Shown here piece after piece: positions 1-15,897 of a stretch of 64,000 nt of DNA; positions within the stretch are counted from its first letter, which is position 1; each line of letters opens with the position of its first letter. Origin of the DNA: Gekko japonicus (taxonomy: Eukaryota). The position numbers and the translations under genes were made by a program. Below the pieces are notes generated by a model. That model saw only the letters and a list, made by a program, of their open reading frames with translations, searched no databases and was not told the DNA's origin. The stretch is taken from positions 89,209-153,208 of the forward strand of contig NW_015176462.1 of the NCBI RefSeq assembly GCF_001447785.1. Reading direction: 5' to 3'.

Positions 1-128
1 CTGTTGCAATGCTGGGGCCTGGCTGGCATGCACTTGCTTGCTCCCTCAGTCTGTGGGCTGCTGCTGCTGTCTGCAGAAATTCTCTGGTTTGCACCAAGTT
101 GGTCTGGGCACTGATTGGTTGCACCTTG

Positions 129-496
129 NNNNNNNNNNNNNNNNNNNNNNNNNNNNNNNNNNNNNNNNNNNNNNNNNNNNNNNNNNNNNNNNNNNNNNNN
201 NNNNNNNNNNNNNNNNNNNNNNNNNNNNNNNNNNNNNNNNNNNNNNNNNNNNNNNNNNNNNNNNNNNNNNNNNNNNNNNNNNNNNNNNNNNNNNNNNNNN
301 NNNNNNNNNNNNNNNNNNNNNNNNNNNNNNNNNNNNNNNNNNNNNNNNNNNNNNNNNNNNNNNNNNNNNNNNNNNNNNNNNNNNNNNNNNNNNNNNNNNN
401 NNNNNNNNNNNNNNNNNNNNNNNNNNNNNNNNNNNNNNNNNNNNNNNNNNNNNNNNNNNNNNNNNNNNNNNNNNNNNNNNNNNNNNNNNNNNNNNN
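129..496. other. Assembly gap (N run)
   Basis: Run of N bases. Confidence 1.
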
Positions 497-1047
497 CACC
501 ATAGAGAACAATGGGGTGGGGGCAACCTGTTTGGGGGCCCATAGAATTGGACCCCCTGGTCCAATCTTCATGAAACTTGGTGGGTATGTAGGGGAGAGGT
601 TCTAGTAACCACCCTCCAAGTTTGGAGCTTACCCACTCCAAGGTCCATAGGATACAATGTTGCCGAATTGCCGCCGAATTTCGGCGGCAAACCGCGAATA
701 AACTGCAGCAAGCTGATCTGGGGGCAACCTGTTTGGGGGCCCATAAAATTGTACCCCCTTGTCCAATCGTCTTGAAACTTGGTGGGTATGTTGGGGAGAG
801 GTTCCAGTAAGCACGCTCCAAGTTTGGAGCCTCTACCCCAAACCCCCTCCCCCCCAGCCCCCCACAAAGTTTCAAGAGGATTTTTGCCATTGACTTCAAT
901 GGCCCCATTGGTTATAATGGACCCGAATTTTTCGGGATTCGGACAAGCTCATAAATTGCTAATTCGGGATCCCAAAAGCCGAAAAAAGCAGAAAATCGTT
1001 ATTTTCGGCTTTTTTTTCGGTTCGGGATCCCGAAATGCACATCCCTA
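497..1047. mobile_element. Right part of a non-autonomous DNA transposon (TAGGGATGTGCA terminus, hAT-like); left part lost in the gap
   Basis: Ends ...TGCACATCCCTA at 1047. The internal module GGGGCAACCTGTTTGGGGGCCC...GAAACTTGGTGGG occurs twice (~521, ~721) and is shared with the element at 28593-29350. Confidence 0.7.
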
Positions 1048-1361
1048 ATCTAGATTGCTTACTGTGCAATAATAGGCCTTACCACTTCACTGTAGTAAAG
1101 TGTTTTGATCATCTTGGTATGCCCAGCTATGCAAATTAGACATAAATGTAGAACTGTGCATTGTATAGTGGGTAGTGGATTCAGTTTAAGAGATCTTGAA
1201 TTTACTGTTTCAGGCCCTTGGTTTCCTGTATGCCTCTGGTCTTGGTGTTGATTCCAACCAAGCAAAGGTATGGCAATTCAGTTGACTTTTTTCTTGCTCA
1301 GACTTTTAGTTAATGTCACTGGCAAATTAATCTTGATTAACATATGCATTTTTCCCCACAG

Positions 1362-1421
1362 GCACTAGTTTATTACACTTTTGGAGCTCTTGGAGGAAAT
1401 TTGATAGCTCATATGATCTTA
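1362..1421 (+). CDS. SEL1L: SEL1L coding exon (human exon 8 equivalent), ALVYYTFGALGGNLIAHMIL
   Basis: CAG acceptor, GTGAGT donor, 60 nt; peptide recognisable as SEL1L. Upstream exons lie outside the window. Confidence 0.96.
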
Positions 1422-1501
1422 GTGAGTGTTTTTCTTTTTTCCTCAATTGTATTTGTTCATGAATGTGTGTGCATTCTAGGAATGCAGAGGAGTCGACATA
1501 A

Positions 1502-1612
<111 letters not shown>

Positions 1613-2664
1613 TAGGTTTTTCCCCTGTTAGTTACCAAGCACATTCCAAATTATGTGCTTGTCAAGACAGATGTCAAGACATAAAGAAGTACAAATACTT
1701 GACGAGGTACATTTTTAAATTCTGCTTTTTCTCCAAGGGAGATCAAGGCAGTAAATGTGCCCCCCCCCCACCCGATTTTGTCCTTATATCAAATCTGTGA
1801 AGCAGTTGAAGCTGAGAGAATATGCTTTGACCAAGGTCACCCAGGGAGTGCCCGTGTCCGAGTGGGGTCTTGAACCTAAGATCCCAGTGTCTAGTCAAGC
1901 ACTGTGACCACTGATGCCTATATTCTTAGTGTGGCCTGTACAGAAATCAGGTGAATCCTTTATAGCCTTCCCTGGATATAGGTTTGCCCCTTCTTGATCT
2001 CCAGTATGCTTTAGTAAGTTGTGAGATGGGAAATGGTCTCAATAGGCATGATGTCAGATTTGATCTGCAACACATCTCCTTGTACAGCAGTTATTAAAAG
2101 CTGTTCCTGTAGTTCAAACACAGCTGTCTTTTCTGTGTACAAATAGTTGTAATCATACTATGTTTGGTTGGATCCCTAGGTGCCCTTTCAAGCAGAAGGC
2201 ATTCCTTTGGCACAAGGGAGTTTTGCTGTGTTTGTGTCAGGATCCGACATAGAGGTTCCATCCAGAGCAGCTTTTCATTGGCCCGAGGAGCTTCAGTAGA
2301 TGTGGGGGAAGTGGAAAATAACTATTTCACAAGGAACAGATTCCATGGATCTTAGGCGTCAACCCAGTGTATTTTGAAGTGTAAATATTATGTACTGCCT
2401 AGTTTGACTTCACAAGGTGCTCTCTTTCTGGAATGTTCAGCTATGCTTTGAGGGCCACTGTATGTTGACTGTTAGGTACATACATAAACTCTTGCACGTG
2501 CACCCAAAGAGTGAATGTGTATCATCAGGTATGCAAGTCAGGAAACTGGGATTGACCGTAACGACCTGCTGAGTGCATTTGGTGGCAAGTGTGACCTTAC
2601 TGCTGCAGAATGCTTAAAATGTTGCACATGAGCATTATTTTTTTCAGGTTTTATATTTGACTAA

Positions 2665-2910
<246 letters not shown>

Positions 2911-2989
2911 TAAAATCTCTAGGACACATTTCAGTATTACCCTTTCCTCCACAGAAAACTAGATTTTGGGGAGAAGGCTAAGTTACAGC

Positions 2990-3330
2990 TAGAGATGGGC
3001 ACGAACAGCATTTTTGCAATTCAGTATGTGGCTGAGCTATGAACCGATATGAACCGATAGGTTGGTTTGAGAACTAACCTGGTTTGTATCCGTTCATGAG
3101 CCATTTAAAGTTTAAACCCCTGCTTTCTGCTCCCTGCAAAAAGCTGAAGGAAGCAGGGAGCTCCCCGCTGCTCAGCTGTTTTTCGTGAAGAGCAGAAAGC
3201 AGCTTTAAACCTCTGTTTTCTGCTCTTCATGAACCACCACAAAGGTTCTTCAGTTCATGGATACTGCTTCACAAACCATCCAGAATTCATGACGAACTTT
3301 AGTGTGTCAGCTGGTTCATGCCCATCCCTA
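2990..3330. mobile_element. hAT-type MITE
   Basis: TIRs TAGAGATGGGCA...TGCCCATCCCTA; perfect 8-bp TSD GTTACAGC (2982-2989 / 3331-3338). Confidence 0.85.
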
Positions 3331-5029
3331 GTTACAGCTCTCCTCCCTAGGACTCGATTGCCTATGGAAATGGAACATTTTGTATGGAGAAGCATTGTCC
3401 TGTGAGCTCTAGCCTGCAGTCGGGAGTGAGGACAGAATACCATCTTCATGTAGCTTTGTGATTCTTCTCCTGTACAACTTTTTTCCAGTGTTTATCAAGA
3501 TGCAAACCTTGAACTTTGATTTGAAGGGAACAAGGGATTTCTTAGTCCTCTCCCCTTGTGCCATTTTTCCTACAGGAAATGACTACCCTCTCCATACCCA
3601 CCCACCAATGCATTTAACCCTGCTGGGGAACATAAAGTGAAGCCCCACTCAAAACCAATCCCCTTGTGTGCTCAGATAAAAGTATTCTGTGCAACAAAGA
3701 AAATCCCTTCAAATGACTTCACATTTCGGCAAGGTTTTTTAGAAAGTATTTTTACTAGTTTATAAAGGAACATAGATCTGGAAAGATCTCTTGATTCAGA
3801 CATAATGATTTCTGCTCGAGTGAATATTTTCATAATTCCGAGTCCCAGGGAGAAATGTGATGTGGAAGACTTTGTAAGCATCCCTAGGTGTTAGCTGGCC
3901 GTCATTGATTTTGAGTTAGAAGCTCCCTTCTAGTCCTCTTTAAGAGTTCAAGCTGCACGGTAACAAACATAAAGGGAAACAGACAAAGTTTATTTGCATA
4001 AGAAGCTGGGTTGGTTGATGCACCATTCTTACAAAGAAGGGAAAATGCTTAAGTCTAATTTAATCACTTATAAATTTAACTTATCAAAATTATAACCTCA
4101 TGCACTTTCTCTCTTCAGCAAAAATGAATGATCCTCCTGCCCTGGATAATAGTGTCCATTACATGGAGAAGTGCACTTAAGAGTGTCACATTATATACTT
4201 AACATGGCACAGCATTAACTGAAAAGTATTATCTCCAAGTGCCTCAGCACTCTCTGGCTGTATTTTAAAAATTAATTTAGAAAAATTATGTGCCACATCT
4301 CCAGAGGCCTGCTTGAAGTGGTTCACAAAGTAAAAAATATAAGAATTATCTGGAACTGAACAGGCCAGAAGTATAAAAACAATAAAATAACATTTAGCAA
4401 CCTAAAATGATACTCATTATTATCTGCATATTCTGCAGTCTTACCAAATGGCAGCTGGCATTTTAAATTCTTTTTGCTGCAAAAAGTAAAATAGCTTTGC
4501 AAGCCTGTGGATACCTTTTTAGCACAGGCAGGTTCAGAATCAACCCCCTACCCCACACACATGTAACACAAAAGAGAAGCCAGAGTTATGACCTGGCCAA
4601 TGGGAAAATGGTCTCTATGCCATAAGCTATGCCAACTGGTGGAGGCAGCTGGGCAGTGCCTGGAGGAGGTAAGAGGGTGGCTGAGTGTGTGTGTGTGTGT
4701 GTTTGGAACCTGCTTGCACTAAAAAGAATCCCACTCCATCATGAACTGACTTTGCCTTGCCATCTTTCTGCTGCCCTCAGTAATTCTGCAGAAGGAAGCA
4801 GGAAGCACAGTGTACTTCTCCTGAAAACTAAACAGTTGGCTCAATTGTACCAGAACAAGGACTTCATGCCTGGGAAAAGGGTTTAGCTGGTTGCTGGCTT
4901 CATTTTGTTTTACATGTTGAAGCGGAACAATATGGGTTCCCCCCCCCCCCCAGCTATTTCTTCAACCTCTTGATGTCTAGTATTCATGTTGCATATACAC
5001 TTCATTCATTTTACACTTGTGTATCTTTT

Positions 5030-5636
5030 TTTTAACATATTTATTGATTGATTTTTCAGTAAGCCCCTTGTGGGGTGATATATACAATCAAATATAAGAA
5101 TAAAAAATCAAAAAATTAAGTTTTGGAGTCACACATATACATTATTATAGTATACTTTTGTTATTATCTATCCAAGTATAGAATTTTTTCCATCTACGGT
5201 TAAACAACACATCATCTTTGTTTTGTAAATTTATAGTTAGTTTATCCATCTCTACCACCTCTAGAATCTTATATATTAATTCCTTCTTAGAGGGTATTCC
5301 CTCTTGTTTCCAATATCTGGCGAAAAGCATACATGCTGCAGTTAGTATATATATATAATAACCTGTTTATCATCAACGCTATATTCATCAGGTATCATGT
5401 TTAACAGGAAAAGTTCCGGAGATAATGGTATATCAAACTCTACAATATCTAGGATAAATTTATGTACCTTCTACCAAAAACGTTGTGTTATGGTACATCT
5501 CCACCAATTATGATAAAAAGTACCCACATTATTTTTACATTTCCAACAGTTCCTTGATAAATTTGGATAACATTTTGCCAACTTATCCGGTTTCATAATC
5601 TATGAAACATGTTATAAACATTTTCCTTGTATGGAA
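5030..5636 (-). mobile_element. 5'-truncated L1 (ORF2 C-terminus plus 3'UTR/polyA)
   Basis: Minus-strand translation gives the L1 cysteine-rich motif (CWKC...GTFYHNWWRC). Poly-T at the left end; 13-bp TSD TTGTGTATCTTTT (5017-5029 / 5637-5649). Confidence 0.8.
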
Positions 5637-5651
5637 TTGTGTATCTTTTGA

Positions 5652-5795
<144 letters not shown>

Positions 5796-6882
5796 TAAAA
5801 AGCAAGTAGACTGAAATATTGTGGGCATAACAGCTGTCTCTCTTGGCTAGATATAGGTGTTGTGACAGTTGTGTACTAGATTTCCTTGGGGAACATGTAT
5901 AAATTAGTAAACTGGGAAAGATAAAATGCATGGAGCCAGATTCCGTATAATGCACAACAAATGATTGTCCTTGTATTCCTAACATAAGAGAGTTTAGAAC
6001 TTTCTGTTTCACATGGGTTTTCCTCACTGGGCTGAATAGGCGGTGAAACTGACAGCTGTTAACTGTTCAAGATTCCTAGTTTATTCAAGATTCCTATTTT
6101 ATATAATGCCAGTAGAGACTTAAAATGCAAAGTAAGAGGGATTTAGCATTCTGAAGTAGCCGAATTTTGCTTCTGCTAAAAGAAGTTAGCAAACAGAATG
6201 AACAAGATGTCTAACTGTGAGGTATAAGTAGTCACTATTACAACAAGAGAGACCTGATAACAATTTTTTAGACAGAACTCCAGTAAAGTAAGAGGGGAAT
6301 AATTCTCAGGCAGGAAGCCAGTATATGGATTTGGTCTAGATTGAATATGAAAAATCTCATACTACTTTAGATGGTACATGTTCCTAGGTACAAGAAAACC
6401 AAGTGGGAAGAAGGTGGTAATGAATCAACCAACGTTGTATAGTGGATAGTGCTGGGCTAGGATCTGAGAGACCCCAAGTTCAAATGCCCACTCAGATGAG
6501 ACGCTTTCTGGGTGGCCTTCGGGCAGCTTGTCTCTCTCAGAGCCCAAGCGATATCATGGGTTTTGTGAAGATGCAAGAGGGGGCAAACCAATGTATGCCA
6601 CCCTTGCAGGAAGGTAGATCTTGGCAAGCTGTAATCCAATGACATGTTTTTGTTTTTTATAGTAAAAAGAACCAAGAAATGTTATTGCTTTCTACTGTTA
6701 TCCATTCATGCAACCCTGAATTTCAGCCTTTTTGAATTAAACTTCACTTGTGTGATCATGTTGAATGAATTAGTGTCCATATTAGATAGGATTGCTACTG
6801 TAGCCTTCGAAGCAGTCTCTGCTCTCCATTGTTTAGTTACAAAACTGAGCAGTGTAGTGATGTGCAAATATTCTGTTTGTGA

Positions 6883-7005
<123 letters not shown>

Positions 7006-8367
7006 TGAGTGTGTTCAGGGAGTGATCTCCGATTATCGCTGTAACCAGTTGTTTAACAGCTGTAGATAACAGATTTAGCTGGACATGAACTTGGACCCCT
7101 TTTCCTGCTGTGGGGTATAGGGAAGTGAGAATCCTTCACTTTGTGTGCATCTTAGTTTATGAGTTAGTGGCACATCCTCCCCCATCCTTGTGATACTCTG
7201 AAGTATAAATCAAGTTTTTTGTTTTGCTTGGTTTTGGGGAGCCTTTGCTGTAATTGCCGAAGGTCCTAGGCTCAATACCTAACATTTCTAGTGGAAAGGG
7301 TCTTGTAGTAGATGATGTGAAAGAGCTCTGAGACTCTGGAGAGACACTAACAGTCAGACTAGACAATACTGACCTTGATAAGACCAGTGATCTGTCTTAG
7401 TAGAAGGCAGTTCCATATATGTTAAGGACCCCCTTTTCAAAGAGTGCTCTCTCTGTGCAGTGATCTTGGTACCTGAGTACTTTTCATCTGTTGGATGATA
7501 AATGTGCTACAGTTGTGGAATATCCTGAACCTTATCGTTATTACAAGTTGACTTTGATTCAGTAAAATAGGAATTGCTATTCACCCCTCCCTGCCTACTG
7601 AATTATCAAGTGCTGTGAAACTATGCTGCCTGTATGACATGTGAAATTGAGGTGTTGGTCTATCTGGCAGTGGCTCTCCAGAGCCTCAGGCAGATGTTTT
7701 TTTCCAGTATCTGCTATCTCAGGTCTTCTAACTAGAGGCACCAGGGATTGAACCAGGAATCTCTTAAATGAAAAACCTGTTTCCTTCGTCAAATACATGA
7801 AGTAGCCTTATCAGGTCAACAAGCGCAACAGGTTGTTCAGGAAGTCTGGGAGTGGCTCATACCACAGCACTAAAAACATGCTTCAAGGCATTTATTTGTA
7901 ACTTTGATTCATTTTTTTGAAGAGAAATTTTGATAAGATACAAGTATGATCTCACTTATTGCATTTTCCAACAGTCTGTGCCGTTGTTGCTCTCTGTTCT
8001 GTATGCTGAGTTTACAGTGGGAAGCTCTTTTTCCAAATTGCCTTTGACATGTAACTGTATAAAAATCGATGGCATAGTATATATTAGTACCCAATATCAG
8101 TTCACCAGGCATTGACTAGGGTTTTATTGCCAATTAAGTTTGGTTGAGAAGGAAGAGAAGTGGGGGAGAGAAACTTGTCCATTACTTGACCTGGTGTAAA
8201 GGGATGTATGATGGGTTCCCCAAAGTCATATTTGCTTACTAGCATTGCACAATCTGTGTTTTTTCCTGAACATGTATTTATTGAAAACATTTATCAGCTG
8301 TCTGTCGTCCTTTTGGAATTCAAGGTGGCTTACAACATAGGTAAAATACATAAAAACCAAAATTTAA

Positions 8368-8502
<135 letters not shown>

Positions 8503-8978
8503 TAGAGAATATTTTGATCTAAGCAATAATACAGTGGGCCTTGTACTGAGAGTATATAGCTGAGTATTAGCTTGAAGTTACTGCTTATTCCTGTGCAGAT
8601 GCAAAGGGACTTAAGCGGAAGCTGAGCATTGCTTGACACACAGGCAAGTAGTGCTTTTGTTGGTGTTTCCTGTGCTGTGCGCTGCACTTATGAGGTGTCT
8701 TTCCTTCTGGCTATCATTTATTCATTTCATAGATCTTACACACCCCACCTAGACTATAGAACACAACATATGCTTGCAACCTTTACCCTAAATTTTGGTT
8801 GAAGTAGAGGCTGTAGCATAATGCAGGTGGTGCTAAGTATAGGCTTAAAGCTGAAACTGTGATGCACTTAGCCTCAAACGTGTTTTTTCTCTCTTAGCTC
8901 TCTGACTATACTTGTGAATGATAACAGTACATATTGGTGTTCTAGATTCAAATGTGCAATCACACTGTTGTGTAATGA

Positions 8979-9134
<156 letters not shown>

Positions 9135-9153
9135 TAGATTTCCACATCAAATT

Positions 9154-9201
9154 NNNNNNNNNNNNNNNNNNNNNNNNNNNNNNNNNNNNNNNNNNNNNNN
9201 N
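9154..9201. other. Assembly gap (N run)
   Basis: Run of N bases. Confidence 1.
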
Positions 9202-9699
9202 TCCAATGAGCAGTCCAACAAGCTTTGCATTATATAATATACTTGAGTGTTCACCCAGTGTCCTGAAAATGAATCTAAGGCATTGTTAGCTGCTAAAAGC
9301 CTTAGTTTCATCTCTGTACACTGGGAGAGCAATAACAGTGCATTCTAAGCAAAGCTACAACCTTCTGTGGCCACTAATGTGAAGGACTCAGAAGGGTACA
9401 ACTGTTCTTAGGACTGCAGTGTAAGTGTGTTAGTTGTGCATGGGTGCAGAGCTATGAGACTAGGAAGGTGAACTGGTATTCTTAGAGGTTTGCTCCTTTA
9501 GGGAATGGGCTGACTTTGAAAAAGTTCCAGACTGTGGAGAGCAAAAGAGGAGGAAGATATATCCTTCTTCTTTCCTTTTCTTTGTTCCAGGGTTTTCACC
9601 CAGAATTCAGATAGTCTACTGATTACCTGCAGAATGATTACTCTGAAGTAGGCAGGGTTTGCGATGTTAATGGGAATTGAATCACCCCTATTTCTAACA

Positions 9700-10260
9700 T
9701 TTTATTTATTTGTTTGTCTGTTTGTTTATTATTTCAATTTATACCCTGCCCTCCCCACGAGCGGGCTCAGGGCAGCTTACAACGTTGGTACAAAATACCA
9801 ATAAAACCATATAAAATCATTTTAAAACAAAGCAATACAGATGAAACTCATAAAATCATAAGGTGCTAGTGATCGTTCAGTTCATTGCTTGTGATGGCGT
9901 ACTGAGGATGTTTACAAGCTGACAGTTCCAGCTCAGTGGTCTTCCTGAGTCACTTGATGGTATAAGCCAGATGTTAAGGCTGGGGGCCAGGCTTGTTGAT
10001 GGTAAAAGTGAGGGCAGCTCCTTAGTTGAAAGCCTGGTGGAAGAGCTCCATCTTGCAGGCCCTGCGGAACTGTAAAAGAACCAGCAGGGCCCTGATTCTC
10101 TTCTGGGAGTTTGTTCCACCAGTAAGGAGCCACCATTGAAAAGGCCTGGCCCTGGTCGTAGCGAGCCTGGCATCTTTGGGGCCCGGGAGGGTCATTCAGT
10201 TCTGTGACCCCGACCACAGTGCCCTCTGGGGTATATATGGGGAAAGGTGGTCCCTCAGAC
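9700..10260 (-). mobile_element. L2 LINE 3' fragment
   Basis: Minus strand encodes the 'QAFSMVAPYWWNKLPEE' L2 ORF2 C-terminus and has a (TAAA)n tail. Similar to copies at 52535-53620 and 55190-55770. Confidence 0.75.
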
Positions 10261-10619
10261 TTGTTTTCAAATGTTCATTTTACCCAAGATTGACAAAGTC
10301 TAAGTTTGGTCCAGCATTTCCACTTTTCTTGTAATACCAATATCCATTTGCTTAATGGAATCCCCATGGAAATGATAACCATACAAGCAGCTTCAGGGCT
10401 GTACACAGGCTTGTCTGCAAACCAGCTCTTAATGGGAGGTGGATCTCCTCATACCTCTTGCAGCCCCAAATGCTGCTCCTGGGGGATAAGGATCTCCAAG
10501 GAACAGCATTTCAGGAGACTTTGGGGGCTACAGCCTGGGGAAGGCAAGAAATGTACAGCCTGCTAGTAGAATCCTTGTGTTTGCAGTAACCTCTCAGGTG
10601 GATCCAAGCCAGTGGGGCT

Positions 10620-10920
<301 letters not shown>

Positions 10921-11477
10921 TAGCTTCATTGTTTTCTAGTTTTGTAACCCATCTTTACTGCATTATTTATGTGTATTACACTGTTTATACTGCGTTGTTC
11001 TTCAGCATTGAGAACTTGTTGTGTTCTGCTTTTTTAACATTCTTTAATTTTGTAATCTGGTTTGTATGTATTGTTTGTATGCATTGTGCTGTTTATTGGA
11101 TTGCTTTTCAATTGTATAATACACTGAGTCTCAGCAAGAAAGGCAGACTATAGATGAAATAACTATATATTGACAGTTCTGTATTTGCTGTACTAGTTAA
11201 CTTCCATTAGGTGGCACTCAAATCCAGTTCATTTGAGCTTCTTCCCTTTGTAGATAAAGGATACGTGGCGGGGGGGGGGGGGGGGGGAGGCTTGTAATAC
11301 ACTTCTGCATATTTTATGGGACTTTTTTGTCTAAAAGGCAGATATTGCGTCTGAAGTACATGTGGTAGTCCCCTGATTGCATCAAGGTTTCCCCCCCTGT
11401 TCTTGGTCAAATACTTTGTGAAGATAAACAGTCTTGTGCAGTTGATGTGTTCAGTGACTAGACGGAAAGTAAATCTG

Positions 11478-11625
11478 GGCTGCAGTCACACACACTAATC
11501 CACTTTCAATCCACTTTCAACACACTTTTGAATTTGATTTCGCCAGTTCACACAGTAAAAATCCAGTTGGAAAGTGCATTGAAAGTGGATTGAAGGTGGA
11601 TTGTTTAGTGTGTGTGACCACAGCC
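11478..11625. mobile_element. Palindromic MITE, PIF/Harbinger-like
   Basis: TIR GGCTGCAGTCACACACACTAA / TTAGTGTGTGTGACCACAGCC; 3-bp TSD CTG. Second copy at 51220-51349. Confidence 0.7.
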
Positions 11626-11754
11626 CTGAAAAGGAAAGTAAATTCATTTTATGGGCTTTAGAGTCTCATCACACATTTAATGAATTTTGTGATGACTTAT
11701 ACTCTTAGTGTCCTAGACTTTGGGGGTGGTTAACTTTTAAATCTCGGGCACACT

Positions 11755-12394
11755 CCTACATCCCTTGCTGGTGGGACTGTGCTGTCATACAGTATTTCTG
11801 GAGAGATATAGCAACACAAATACATTTGATTACGGGCCAAGTAATTCCACTGACACCGGAAATAATATTTCTAAATCTCTGGCATGACCTATCAATTCCT
11901 ACGAGTAGATCGGGAGTCTGCTAACTGCAGCCAAAACAGCAATTGCTTTAAGATGGAAATCTCATCTCCATCAAGAGCAATTTGGCTCACAAAAGTATGG
12001 GAACACTTTTTAATGGACAAAATAACAAACAACCTCTATCAATTAGAAATCTTTCCCAAAACAACTAATTTTGTAGAAAAATGGTACCTTTTCTGTGAAT
12101 ACACGCACGATGAACGACATTTTACCTCAAAACAGACACTACAGGGATCTAGTACTACTCTGAATATCTCAATTACTACGTAGATTCTATTATTCTTATA
12201 GGTCACTTTGTTGATGTGGCTTCATCTGTAGAAATATATTTTCTTCACTTTGCACCTGCACACTATTTTAAGAATTCCAAGTCACACTCAATCATTTACA
12301 CTTTTGGAGTTATCAATTGAACTATTGTCTGTTTGCACAGTAACAGTTTCATATTTTACTGTTTTGAAAAATCAATAAAAGTTATTTTTTTAAA
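11755..12394 (+). mobile_element. 5'-truncated L1 3' end
   Basis: Encodes a 'WWDC...FW..I...I' L1 ORF2 C-terminal motif. AATAAA plus A-tail; 16-bp TSD AAATCT(C/A)GGGCACACT (11739-11754 / 12395-12410). Confidence 0.8.
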
Positions 12395-12674
12395 AAATCT
12401 AGGGCACACTAACCCAGAAGTAGGTCACTGACCTTGATAGAAAATGTTTCTGATAAATGCTTAAGATTGGCTTGTAGATGAGATTGGCCAAAGAAAGCTA
12501 GAATGAGATTTTAATACATAGTTATGTACATAAGATTTTCCAGTCCTTTTAGGAAGTTCGTTTAGCATAGAGGGCACCTAGCAACTATTGTCCACTCTCT
12601 GAACTAAACTTTTTCTAGAAAAACTGCATTACTCTTGACTGCCATTTGATAATTGCAATCTTGCCCAGTTTTAA

Positions 12675-13037
<363 letters not shown>

Positions 13038-13154
13038 TAATTTTGTTCTGACCGAACAAGACTTTGTGGGGTTTTTTTTTTTGGGGGGGGGGCACAGATA
13101 GTAACTAGATGGCCTGTGTGACTCTAATTCTTGTATGTTTCACAGGGTTTCAAG

Positions 13155-13360
13155 CAGTGTTCCCTCTAAGCTGAGTTAGTGTGAGCTAGCTCATAGTTTT
13201 TTAGCCTCCAGCTCACAGATTTTTGTCCTAGCACAGGAAGGATGGCTCCAGGGCAAACTAATTCATGCAGTGGCCAAATCGCTTGCTCACAACTTTAATG
13301 CCAGTAGCTCACAAAGTAGAATTTTTGCTCACAAGACTCCGCAGCTTAGAGGGAACATTG
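13155..13360. mobile_element. hAT MITE family A, copy 1
   Basis: TIR CA(G/A)TGTTCCCTCTAAGCTG; 8-bp TSD GTTTCAAG. Confidence 0.9.
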
Positions 13361-15043
13361 GTTTCAAGGAATTAGTTCTTCAGAATAAAGATGGCATGCC
13401 AGACTGTTTACAGTCTTTTATTTTACTGTGGTCAAATATTTCTTTAAAAATACTGTCTTGGAATCTGACCTCAGTTTCCACTTGCAGTACACATGTCCAC
13501 TTCCACAAGCAGCAGAGGGCAATACGTGCTTTTCTCTCCCGGCCCCCACTTCAGTCTGCATAATGTTCCTTGGGGTCTGCTGTCCCCAGGGACACGGTGG
13601 AGGGGAGGGTGCCTTGGGTAGACAGCTGGAAAGTTGCTCTTTATGCAGCACAATCTTGATGCCTAGGGTCCAAGCCAGTGTCAAATATTGTATGAAGCCA
13701 AGAATATTATGTGTAGATTGCCTTTTTCAATTACCGTTATTGTTTCATTATCCGGACTATTGAATGCATTATATCGCTTTTATTTCATTGTGCTTTAATT
13801 GTGTAATCCAGTTCTACTACATTGTATGAGTTATGCTGAATAATTACTGTGTTTTCCTTAGAACTCTAATCCACCTTGAATCTCAACAAGAAAAGTGGAT
13901 GATAAAGTAAATAAATTACATTGTTGCTTGTTGGCAGGAGTGGAGCCCCCTCCCCCCCCCAGGAGACATCAGGGTCAAACCTAGCAGCATGACTCAACTG
14001 CTTCTGTTCTCCACCTGCTATAGTTGTGCAGGTATCTCAGAACAGGATGGTGTGTTGTTTATATCCTACTGTTCTTTTGGGTATTCTCAGTGAAATTAAT
14101 CAGTATTGAACACACAAATTACTTTAAATCAATAGAATACCAAAGTGGAGAATGGGCTCTTCCTTTTGCTAATGAAAGTTGTTGGAATCAATGCACAGGA
14201 GATGGGACTCCTTGGAACTCTCCATCTCTTGTGGTAGTTGATGGTTATCAGCAGGGATGGCCGGTGGACTGAAACCTCCCCCCTTCTGCCACTGGCACTT
14301 GGTCTTAGATTGCTGCACTGGGAATCAGAGATTGACTGCCCCTGAATGTTGAGGTTCTTTCATAGGTGCTTTTTGTTTGTGTTTATTATCTGAAACATTT
14401 ATATCGTGTCTAATTTCATTTTAAAGAAAATGAAACTAATTGGCCTCACCTTGGTGTGTCAGGATAAAAGCCTGAGAAGAGCTGTTCAGTGAGTCATTCA
14501 CACTTACAGAAACCTTATTTAATGTTGCTCAAAACTTCTAAAATAATGGAAAGTTTAATTTCACTGTTCTATAAGAACACGTGGTTAGTAAAAGTATCAA
14601 ATTAAAGTATTTTTAATTGATGCTTTTTTTAAAAATTGCTTGACCACTACTTGTTGAGTCAGTTAGCAAGTTCTCATCAATCCTACATCTCATACAAAGA
14701 GGGCAACTCTCCTGCGCTTGGCAAGTGCTTTTTTGTTCCTTTTGGGTAGTGCCACTCTGTCCCCTCTGGCCGCATGAAATAGACCTGTTGAAGCATCCTT
14801 CTGTGAGGTTTAACATCAGTTGAGGTGAAGAACTTACAACAAGACAATATTTTAAGGTGCTGTGTGAAGTACTGAATAGTTTTCATTAACACTGTATTTT
14901 AGGATTTGTCATTCTTATTTCTTGTTGAATACCTGGTGCTCCCTTTCAATATGCTTGTGACTGTCTTACAAAGTAACGTATGGTAAAGGCTTCAGGGCAC
15001 CTAAATTGAGTACCCTGAATGCATGTTAATTCTTTTCAGTTAA

Positions 15044-15268
<225 letters not shown>

Positions 15269-15756
15269 TAGAACAGTGGCTCGTGCCAGGTGAAAAGGGG
15301 TCAATATCTCACATCTGAGCATTCTCCCTTTTGATGACGATAAAACAGCTGACGTGACATAGCACAAGAGTTGCCAAGAACAGCTGTTATCAATTGATTC
15401 TGTTCCACTTGTAATGTTTTTGCCAAATTGAAACATTGTGCTGTTTCAGAGATTCTTGTAGAATGTCTCACAAGCTGGACCAGTGTCAAGGTGCAGCTGC
15501 TACTGGCTCCTTGCCTAACTAAAGTTGAATGAATAAATATATCTTTTTAATTTGTCCTAATAAAATACAAAATATTGTCCTAATAAAATACAAAAGCATC
15601 CTCTTAAATTAGCCCTTTCCACTGCAAGCCCTCAAGGCAGCTTACCATCCAGAACTGTCTTAGCTCATAAGATGGTAACAGAACTAGCAGTCGTAAAACT
15701 AGAACAACCTTATGACTCGCAGCCCCTTGAGAGAATAAGGCGCTGGCTAAAAGAGA

Positions 15757-15897
15757 ACAGCGTTCCGTGCGCCTTGGTGTTTAGTCATGCTGGCCACATG
15801 ACCACAGAAACGTCTTCGGACAGCACTGGCTCTTCAGCTTTGAAACGGAGATGAGTCGGACTCGACTGGATTTCGAGCAAGGGCTCCTTTACCTTTT
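15757..15897 (+). mobile_element. Sauria SINE 3' fragment
   Basis: Matches the 3' half of the full copy at 44653-45002, including the ACCTTT tail. Confidence 0.8.

Noticed and set aside
9-605. Long ORFs at the window start
   Set aside because: Artefacts of translating through the N gap.
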